The notes under the pieces: generated by a model
Seen by the model: the letters and a program-made list of their open reading frames with translations, nothing else
Told to the model about the DNA's origin: nothing
Databases searched by the model: none
Program-made: the position numbers and the translations under genes
Origin: a bacterium
GTDB taxonomy: Bacteria > Zhuqueibacterota > Zhuqueibacteria > Residuimicrobiales > Krinioviventaceae
Direction of reading: 5' to 3'
Assembly (NCBI GenBank): GCA_963674595.2
Contig: CAXXFV010000008.1
Location: 64,001 to 128,000, forward strand
Length of the DNA stretch: 64,000 bases
Shown: positions 56,578 to 64,000 of the stretch, one piece after another
Numbering within the stretch: position 1 is the first letter of the stretch
How the letters are laid out: the number at the start of each line of letters is the position of its first letter

Positions 56578-59500
56578 ATGAAAAAGTTAAAACTTATATT
56601 AATTTTTGGGATTATATTTAATTTTAATCAGGTTTTTTCACAAATTTTACCAGAATATACACATCCTGAACTGGACTGGTATACAATTCAAACCGAACAT
56701 TTCAAGGTGCATTACCATAATGGAGCAGAACGCACAGCCAGGATTGTCGCCAAAATAGCTGAAGACATTTATGCTCCCGTTACCACGATGTATGACTGGG
56801 AACCGGATGGTATTGTTCATTTTATTATCAAAGATTATGAAGATAATTCCAACGGCGGCGCTTTTTATTATGATAATAAAGTTGAAATCTGGGCGCCGCA
56901 AATGACTTTTATTTTACGCGGAACCAATGATTGGCTGCGCAACGTAGTAACACATGAATTTTCACATATGATATCTCTGGGAGCTGCCCGTAAACTGCCG
57001 CGTAAAATTCCGGCTTTTTATATGCAAATGATCGGCTATGAGGAAGAAAAACGTCCGGATGTTTTATACGGATATCCGAACATTATCGCTTCCTATCCTT
57101 TACCCATGACCGTTATACCTATGTGGCTTGCCGAAGGAATGGCCCAGTTTCAGGTGCCGGGACTTGATTATGATCGTTGGGACAGTCACCGTGATATGCT
57201 TATGCGAACGGCTGTGTTAAACAAAGAACTACACAGTTTTACCGAAATGGGTGTTTTTGGTAAAAACAGTCTTGGTAATGAGAGAACCTATAATTCCGGA
57301 TATGCATTTGTGCGGTATATCGCCCATAATTATGGTGCTGAATCGATTCCGGCTTTTTCAAAAGAATTAAGTAAATTTTTTCATTTCGGCATCAATGGTG
57401 CCTTAAAAAATGTAACAGGTTTTAGTGGAACCGAGCTTTACGGACAGTGGTGCAAACAGATTACGGAATATTATACAAAACGAGTTGAAAAAATTCGTGA
57501 ACATGAAATAAGCGGAGAAAACATTACACCCAAAGGCATTGGAAATGTTTATCCTAAATGGTCACCTGATGGGAAAACACTGGCTTTTTGCGGCAGTGAG
57601 TCACAACAATATTTAAGCTTTACGAATTTAAAATTATACAACCTTGAAAAAAAGAAATTTGATAAAATTAAAATCGGTGTAAACAGTCAGCTTGCCTGGG
57701 ATGCTAAAGGCAATCAACTTTATTATGTTAAAAGAAAAGAAAACAAAAACCACTCTAATTTTTTTGATCTCTATAAATATGATTTGACTGGGAAAAAAGA
57801 GAAAAAGTTGACATCCTCGTTGCGGAGTGTGGACCCGGATTGGTCTGCTGAACTGCGGCAATTTGTTTGTGTTGTGCAAAAAGATGGAACAGATAATCTG
57901 GTTGTTTTGGATGAAAACGGTGATAAAGTAAAAAATCTGACAAATTATAAAAACAGCCAGGGTGTTTATTCTCCGCGATGGTCTAAAGACGGACAGTTTA
58001 TTGTATTTTCCCAATCAAGAAAACATGGCCGGGACATAAAAAAAATAAATGTCGAAACCGGAGAAATTTTTAATCTTATCAATGATCAAAATGATGCACG
58101 TGATCCGGTGATCAGCCCGGATGGAAAACGCATATATTTCTCCTGGGACCGTACAGGTATTTTCAATATCTATAGTATGGATATGAATGGGCAGGACATA
58201 AAATTGTGGACAAATGTCACCGGCGGCGCCTTTATGCCGGATGTATCTGTTGACGGAACATTAGCCTATTCCAATTTTAAACATGACGGTTATAAAGTTA
58301 ATATTCTTGAAAATCCTGTTGAAATTGATCAACGTTTGGCTGAATATGTGAATGCCTCGGATATCGCACCTGAACTGCAAAATATAAAATTGGCCGAATT
58401 ACCGGAGAACCTGAAATCAGTAACGAATTATAATGATTTTACGACACCATCTTATGATACCACAAAATATGGTATGGAATACAGTCAGGTCAGTTTTTAT
58501 CCGCGAGTTATGGTTGATTCAAATCAGGTAAAACTTGGGTCCTATTTTTTTATGGGTGATATCCTCGATAAATACAATGTGTTTGGTGGTGCGGCTGTTA
58601 ATTCCCGTAAAGATATTGATGTATTTACTTCATTTCGTTATAATAAACTGGGTCCGTCGTTATTTTTGGAGCTATACGGGTTTACCAGAAATATTGAACA
58701 AAGTATTGAAGTGATTGAAAATTATAAAAAAGCACCCGTTGATATTCGGTTTTCAATTTTAGAAGCCTATTTGGGTTCGGATTTTTATATTAATAAATCC
58801 AACGGTCTTAAAATTTCATTGTCCCACCATCGTTCCACCAGTAAAATTAAAGACTTTTTCTTTCAAGGCGTGACATGGCGTTCGCCTTCAAATACTTATT
58901 TTGTCGGCAACCATGTTTCATTCCAGTATACCCTGGATCAATTACCGGGCTTACCTTATCCTGTAACGAACAGAACAGCAGGACGTTATTTAACCTTTAC
59001 ATATACCCGTGAATTTAACAAGTTTTTTGAGGACTTTGCCACCGATAATGAATATAATTCCCCACAGGAAGTATATACGGATTATAATTATAACAGGTTT
59101 GAACTGGAATGGCGGGAATATTTACCGGTTCCCTGGCATCATCACCATTCGTTTGCCATGAACCTTCACGCCGGAGTTGTTGACCGTTCCGTAGACAGTT
59201 TTTTTAACTTTTTTGCCGGTGGAATGCCGGGACTTCGCGGGTATCCGTTTTACAGTATTGAAGGACGGAAAATGCTGGTAGGAAGATTTACCTATCGTTT
59301 TCCGATTTTCGATCAAATGCAAAAATCTTTTTTACAATTTACAACAGACAAACTTTATCTCGGTGCTTTTTTCGATTATGGTAATGCGTTTGATAAAGAT
59401 TTTTCTTTTTCGGATTTTAAAAAGGATGCCGGTCTCAGTTTGCGTTTTTCAGCATTTTCATTTTTTGGAATGCCGACAGCATTCCAGTTTGAGTCGGCTT

Positions 59501-59589
59501 ACGGATTTGACAAAGTTACCAATGAGGGCCAAATTTATGGTGAAGAATGGCGACATTATGTAACGTTGTTGTTTGATTTTATTGATTAA
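56578..59589 (+). CDS. Peptidase-MA-like / PD40 beta-propeller / Omp85-type beta-barrel protein
   Basis: Signal peptide. Gluzincin motifs THEFSH and WLAEG. PD40 repeats PKWSPDGK, PRWSKDG and PVISPDGK. Omp85 barrel motifs GLRGY and FFDYGNAF, with a C-terminal aromatic strand. Confidence 0.78.
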   Translation: MKKLKLILIFGIIFNFNQVFSQILPEYTHPELDWYTIQTEHFKVHYHNGAERTARIVAKIAEDIYAPVTTMYDWEPDGIVHFIIKDYEDNSNGGAFYYDNKVEIWAPQMTFILRGTNDWLRNVVTHEFSHMISLGAARKLPRKIPAFYMQMIGYEEEKRPDVLYGYPNIIASYPLPMTVIPMWLAEGMAQFQVPGLDYDRWDSHRDMLMRTAVLNKELHSFTEMGVFGKNSLGNERTYNSGYAFVRYIAHNYGAESIPAFSKELSKFFHFGINGALKNVTGFSGTELYGQWCKQITEYYTKRVEKIREHEISGENITPKGIGNVYPKWSPDGKTLAFCGSESQQYLSFTNLKLYNLEKKKFDKIKIGVNSQLAWDAKGNQLYYVKRKENKNHSNFFDLYKYDLTGKKEKKLTSSLRSVDPDWSAELRQFVCVVQKDGTDNLVVLDENGDKVKNLTNYKNSQGVYSPRWSKDGQFIVFSQSRKHGRDIKKINVETGEIFNLINDQNDARDPVISPDGKRIYFSWDRTGIFNIYSMDMNGQDIKLWTNVTGGAFMPDVSVDGTLAYSNFKHDGYKVNILENPVEIDQRLAEYVNASDIAPELQNIKLAELPENLKSVTNYNDFTTPSYDTTKYGMEYSQVSFYPRVMVDSNQVKLGSYFFMGDILDKYNVFGGAAVNSRKDIDVFTSFRYNKLGPSLFLELYGFTRNIEQSIEVIENYKKAPVDIRFSILEAYLGSDFYINKSNGLKISLSHHRSTSKIKDFFFQGVTWRSPSNTYFVGNHVSFQYTLDQLPGLPYPVTNRTAGRYLTFTYTREFNKFFEDFATDNEYNSPQEVYTDYNYNRFELEWREYLPVPWHHHHSFAMNLHAGVVDRSVDSFFNFFAGGMPGLRGYPFYSIEGRKMLVGRFTYRFPIFDQMQKSFLQFTTDKLYLGAFFDYGNAFDKDFSFSDFKKDAGLSLRFSAFSFFGMPTAFQFESAYGFDKVTNEGQIYGEEWRHYVTLLFDFID

Positions 59590-59611
59590 CGTTGATAGAT
59601 GGGAGTAAACT

Positions 59612-60427
59612 GTGCGTTATTTAACTTTTATTTTTATTCTGGTTTTTTCTCTGGCCAATAAACCGTTTGCACAAGATAACAAGTGGCAGGAATTTATGTT
59701 GGCAGGGGCAAAGTATGATGTTAACAGTATGTCCACGAATGAATCGCAAAATTTGTCCGGAATGGAGAAAAAATCAATTAAAAAACCTGCACTAATGTCA
59801 GTTGTTGTTCCGGGTGCCGGGCAAGTTTATAACGGATCTTATTATAAAGGCCTGGGTTTTCTTGCTATTGAAGCCGTATCGTGGACGATGTATATCACCT
59901 ACAATAATGAGGGAAATGATATAGAAGACGAGTTCCATGGTTATGCCAATACCCATTGGAGTGAACAAGATTACTGGAAATATGTTGCCCATCATAGCGG
60001 TATTGAATATACCGGTACCACTGAAAATATTGAAGCTTTGCGTGTTGAAGAAGGCAAATTATTCAGTCATGGTTTGCATCGGGAGAAAGACCAGCAATAT
60101 TACGAAATGATCGGCAAGTATGATCAGTTTAACTATGGATGGGATGATTATGATAAGGATTTAATTGGTAAAACAGTTAAAGAAATGCAATCACTACGCT
60201 CATCAAAACGGTTATATTATGAAGGACGGCGGGATGACAGTAACCAGGCTTTTAAAAAAGCGACAACAGGTGCCACAATAGCCCTGTTTAATCACATTTT
60301 CAGTGCCCTGGAAGCTGCCTGGAGTGTTAATAAATATAACAAAACGATAACTGCTCAAATGAATATGGAACCATTACATTTTAATAATCAATATTGTTCG
60401 GCCTTAACATTACGAATGACATGGTAA
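59612..60427 (+). CDS. DUF5683-like exported/membrane protein, paralogue 1
   Basis: Signal peptide. Motifs ALMSVVVPGAGQVYNG, QQYYEMIGKYDQF and NHIFSALEAAWSV. Ends in the beta-strand LTLRMTW. Confidence 0.72.
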   Translation: MRYLTFIFILVFSLANKPFAQDNKWQEFMLAGAKYDVNSMSTNESQNLSGMEKKSIKKPALMSVVVPGAGQVYNGSYYKGLGFLAIEAVSWTMYITYNNEGNDIEDEFHGYANTHWSEQDYWKYVAHHSGIEYTGTTENIEALRVEEGKLFSHGLHREKDQQYYEMIGKYDQFNYGWDDYDKDLIGKTVKEMQSLRSSKRLYYEGRRDDSNQAFKKATTGATIALFNHIFSALEAAWSVNKYNKTITAQMNMEPLHFNNQYCSALTLRMTW

Positions 60428-60432
60428 CTTTT

Positions 60433-61176
60433 ATGAAAGCTTTACAGTTTATTACTCTTTTGATCTTTGTCAATGTATGTTTGCTTTTCGCAGCAAGTCC
60501 GCAAAAGGTAAAATTGTCTTATCTGCCTAAAACAATATATACATCGGGATTTTCTTTAAATAATTCTCAACCTAAAAATATAGAGATAAATAAACCACTT
60601 ACAAAATCCAAGGGTAAAGCCTTTCTGCTTTCTTTAGTCGTTCCGGGTTTGGGTGAACATTATGCACAGGCATCTCATAAAACAAAATATTTTTTAGCTT
60701 CTGAAGCATTATTATGGTTGTCCTATGGGGGATTTGTGACATATAAGGATTGGAAAGAGGAAGATTATAGGACCTATGCCGCTTCTCATGCTCAGGTTGA
60801 TTTGGATGGAAAATCAAGCTCATATTTTATTGATGTGGGCAATTATGATAATATTGATGATTATAATGCGGAACAATTGAGGAACCGAAATTTACCAAAA
60901 TATTATTATGATACGGAAACCTATTACTGGAACTGGGAAAATGAAGCGCATCGCCAAAAATTTGATGATTTACGCATAGCCGCCGACACGGCACACAACC
61001 GGTCTCAATTTGTAATCGGCGCTATTATTGCCAATCATTTAATTAGTGCTATTGACGCTGTATGGTCTGTTTATAAATTTAACAAAACAAGTCAGGCAAA
61101 TATTGATTGTGATATAAAATTCGGTGATGGGATCATACAACCACATTTGAATATTCAGCTAACAGCCCATTTTTAA
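60433..61176 (+). CDS. DUF5683-like exported/membrane protein, paralogue 2
   Basis: Start at ATG 60433 gives a signal peptide. Motifs AFLLSLVVPGLGEHY, YFIDVGNYD and NHLISAIDAVWSV. Ends in NIQLTAHF. Confidence 0.72.
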   Translation: MKALQFITLLIFVNVCLLFAASPQKVKLSYLPKTIYTSGFSLNNSQPKNIEINKPLTKSKGKAFLLSLVVPGLGEHYAQASHKTKYFLASEALLWLSYGGFVTYKDWKEEDYRTYAASHAQVDLDGKSSSYFIDVGNYDNIDDYNAEQLRNRNLPKYYYDTETYYWNWENEAHRQKFDDLRIAADTAHNRSQFVIGAIIANHLISAIDAVWSVYKFNKTSQANIDCDIKFGDGIIQPHLNIQLTAHF

Positions 61177-61252
61177 AGAATAAGCTCATCTGTCATGTTT
61201 TAAAACTTTACTGTTAACGACAATTCCCCAATAATATTTTCATCATGTCGTC

Positions 61253-64000
61253 TCAAACCCTCGGTGTATAAAATTCTTCGTTCAATACTATCGTATAATA
61301 AAGTCCGTTTTTGCTTTCATAATTTAGGGTGCCGTGTAATTGATATTCTACAAGATCGAAAATTGTACGAATACCAATACCCTTTTGAGTGGCAAAATCA
61401 AAATCGTCCGGCAAGCCAACGCCGTTATCTGAAATGTTTAAAATTATTTCATTTTTGGGAGAGCGAATTAGTTTTATATCAATTTTTGCATCATATCCTG
61501 GTGGGAATGCATATTTGACGGAATTGGTTATAATCTCATTTATTAAAATGCCAACCGGCATTGCCGTATCAAGCAATACGTTGATATCTTGTCCCTCAAA
61601 ATTAATTGCGATTCTGGAAGAATCAATAATATTGCTTTCTTGTAATAATTCTACAAGGCCTCTGATATACTCTTTTAAATTCAGATGTGACAAGTCCTTT
61701 GTTTCATAAAGTTTCTGATGAACAAGGGCCATTGCAAGAATTTTATTTTCAATTTCTTTAAACTTTATCTTAAATTTTTCATCATCAATCGTACGGGATT
61801 GTAGCCGAAGCATGGACGAAATAACCTGCATATTATTTTTTGTTCGATGATAAAGTTCACGAATTAGTACTTCTTTTTCTTTCAAATCATGCTGTATTTG
61901 TTTTTCAGCAATTTTAATTTCACTTATATCATGAAAAGTACCTTGTACGCGTGTATAAATTCCATTTTCCTTAATAGGATTTCCTTGAATTCTACACCAT
62001 ATTAAATTATTTTTTGCGGTTCTAAATTCAAGTTCAAGATCAAATGGTACACCAACTTTGGATGCGAATTTATGTGCCTGCTCTAATTGTTTATTGTAGG
62101 GCTCGGGAAAATGTGATAAATATTGGTCAACGGTAGGTGGTTCCTGATCAAATCCGATTTCAAATATTTCATAGAGTGCCCGGGTCCATATAGCTTTACC
62201 TGTCTCAAAATTATACTCCCACCCGCCTATTTTTGCAATAGAACCTGTTCTGTTTAATATTTCTTCACTTTTTCTCAATGCCTCTTGTGTCCGTTTCTGG
62301 CTTACAATCTCCCATGTTAAATCAATATATTTTGAAACCAATTCTGCTTCTTTATCCGAGTAATTTTCCTTTCCATTACCAATATGGACAATTGCTACGA
62401 CATTATTTTTTCTTATAATCGGTACAACCAACTCACGATGAATATCAAAATCGTCTTTGCAAAACGGAATATTTTCAGACTTGTTTGGTTGTGAGTTTTG
62501 AATGATTGGTTTTTGCTGATTCACACATGCTTGCCATGTTGATTTATCTTCAAGTTTGAAGACATGGGATTGATCACAAAACCTAATAGATTGTGAGGGA
62601 ATTTTGCTGTAATATTGTTCCAGAGTCATCGATATTTGATCTGAATTTATAAAACAATAAAAGCCAATGGAACTTTTTGTAAGCAAACTGATTTCTCGAA
62701 GGACCTTGAGCAACACGTTTTGAAGTGTATGTTCAACGGCATAAGATGCCAGGGCTAATCTTTCATCCGTTAACCATCGTTCTTTATATTCTTCACTTTG
62801 GTCTCTAAATACCAGCACAACACCAATTATTTCATTTTTTTCATTTCTAATCGGAGCACCGCTGTCCGCTATGGGTATTTCTTGATTATCTTTTGTAACA
62901 AGCAGTGTATGATTCCCAAGTCCGACAACAATTCCGTTATTAATTACTTTTGTTACAGGAGATTCAATAGGCTTTCTGGTTTTTGCACTAATGATATGAA
63001 ATACATAATCTAATGGTTTACCGATAGCTTTGTATTCTTTCCAACCTGTCAATTCTTCAGCAACAGGATTCATTAATTCAATATTACCTTTGGCATCGGT
63101 TGAAATAACGGCATCACCAATCGAATGCAGGGTAACTGAATGTTTTTCCATATTTTCCCTGAGGGCTGTTTCTGACCGATAAAGTTCCTGATAATATGTG
63201 CTTAAATTGCGTTGTTGAAGTACTTTAGCGACGACCATAATAAAACCGACAGCTACGAACATTATAACTAGTATCAGGACAGAGATAAAATGCCAATTTG
63301 CAAGTGCTTCTTTTTCATCAATTTTGACTATGAGGTACCACGGTGTATGTGAAACCGGTTGAATAGCTGCGATGACTTTTTCTTCCCGATAGTCCAAACC
63401 GGAAATGACGCCGGTTGCACCATGAATTGCTTTTACAGCCAAATGATTGGTCTGATTAACAGGAATTCTTAAACGCATCGCCGTGTTTTTTATGTGCCGC
63501 AATTCATTTAAAAACAGAACATCATTACCCTCTTTTTTTATTAAAATTGTTTCCGCCGATTTGTTGGGTGTCGGCCAGAACTTGAGAATCGGGTCGAGAT
63601 ATTCAGAGGCGTCATTAATTAGTATTACCAAGCCAATTACATTTTGTTTTTCATTAACTATTGGTGCAATGGCGCCTACAAATGTTTTCCCCGGAAATTT
63701 ATCAAGCAGAAAAAAGTCTATAAAAATTGATGTACCATTTAACAGGGCAAACCTTATTGTATCTTCGAATGCCTGATATACCTGATCAACCTCACCAATA
63801 TTTAATTCAAGATTGCCGTTTTTATTGATGAGACCTATACTAAAATAGTCATGTTGTTGCTTAATTGAATGAAAAAGCGAAGACAGTTCTTGATCAGGCT
63901 GCAATCGAGGATTGGCGTTAATATGCTGTATTTTATTTGTTAAAAATTTGATTTTGCTAATCAGTTCTGCATCAATTTCCTGATCTTTTTTCCAGGAAGA
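61253..64000 (-). CDS. Multi-sensor histidine kinase (Cache-like, TM, PAS, GAF, PAS, HisKA_2, HATPase), 5'-truncated by the window edge
   Basis: Frame is open to base 64000. Motifs SIGDAVISTD, MNPVAEELTGW, IGGWEY, ELYHRTKNNMQVISSML, NEIITNSVKYAF and SDNGVG. Confidence 0.9.
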   Translation of the reverse strand, partial: SSWKKDQEIDAELISKIKFLTNKIQHINANPRLQPDQELSSLFHSIKQQHDYFSIGLINKNGNLELNIGEVDQVYQAFEDTIRFALLNGTSIFIDFFLLDKFPGKTFVGAIAPIVNEKQNVIGLVILINDASEYLDPILKFWPTPNKSAETILIKKEGNDVLFLNELRHIKNTAMRLRIPVNQTNHLAVKAIHGATGVISGLDYREEKVIAAIQPVSHTPWYLIVKIDEKEALANWHFISVLILVIMFVAVGFIMVVAKVLQQRNLSTYYQELYRSETALRENMEKHSVTLHSIGDAVISTDAKGNIELMNPVAEELTGWKEYKAIGKPLDYVFHIISAKTRKPIESPVTKVINNGIVVGLGNHTLLVTKDNQEIPIADSGAPIRNEKNEIIGVVLVFRDQSEEYKERWLTDERLALASYAVEHTLQNVLLKVLREISLLTKSSIGFYCFINSDQISMTLEQYYSKIPSQSIRFCDQSHVFKLEDKSTWQACVNQQKPIIQNSQPNKSENIPFCKDDFDIHRELVVPIIRKNNVVAIVHIGNGKENYSDKEAELVSKYIDLTWEIVSQKRTQEALRKSEEILNRTGSIAKIGGWEYNFETGKAIWTRALYEIFEIGFDQEPPTVDQYLSHFPEPYNKQLEQAHKFASKVGVPFDLELEFRTAKNNLIWCRIQGNPIKENGIYTRVQGTFHDISEIKIAEKQIQHDLKEKEVLIRELYHRTKNNMQVISSMLRLQSRTIDDEKFKIKFKEIENKILAMALVHQKLYETKDLSHLNLKEYIRGLVELLQESNIIDSSRIAINFEGQDINVLLDTAMPVGILINEIITNSVKYAFPPGYDAKIDIKLIRSPKNEIILNISDNGVGLPDDFDFATQKGIGIRTIFDLVEYQLHGTLNYESKNGLYYTIVLNEEFYTPRV

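Noticed and set aside
1-64000. CRISPR arrays, tRNA/rRNA genes, IS elements, prophage or defence systems, and stop-codon recoding
   Set aside because: No regularly spaced repeats, cloverleaf or rRNA-like sequence, transposase, integrase or phage genes were seen. All gene breaks found are frameshifts, not in-frame stops.

Overview
A 64 kb, AT-rich, gene-dense stretch of a diderm bacterial chromosome. PorV-family barrels, a T9SS-type C-terminal sorting domain, canonical TTGAnn-N17-TAnnnT promoters and strong Shine-Dalgarno sites suggest an FCB-group organism outside Bacteroidota, such as KSB1 or Calditrichota (inference). Most of the window is housekeeping: purB/purC, psd/pssA, two tatA, gatAB, efp, accBC, gcvH/gcvPA/gcvPB, truA, dacB, mazG and an EF-G paralogue. 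Accessory parts are an ablA-symporter-ablB osmolyte operon, a frameshift-rich surface-modification island, a GH78/GPH sugar module and several signalling genes. No rRNA, tRNA, CRISPR array or mobile element was seen. Several single-base frameshifts, including one in purB, look like assembly errors. The best candidates for undescribed biology are: (1) a porV / catalytically dead M6 protease with sorting domain / peptidase-PD40-Omp85 / two DUF5683-like gene cluster behind a CRP-like site and a structured terminator/antiterminator leader; (2) a PorV-barrel-TPR protein paired with a membrane adenylate cyclase; (3) an OPT transporter / stand-alone PqqD / aminopeptidase module; (4) several proteins with degenerate catalytic motifs (PurC, an acyl-CoA ligase, a His-less DHp domain, EF-G2). 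Family assignments come from motif recognition by eye; no database searches were run.
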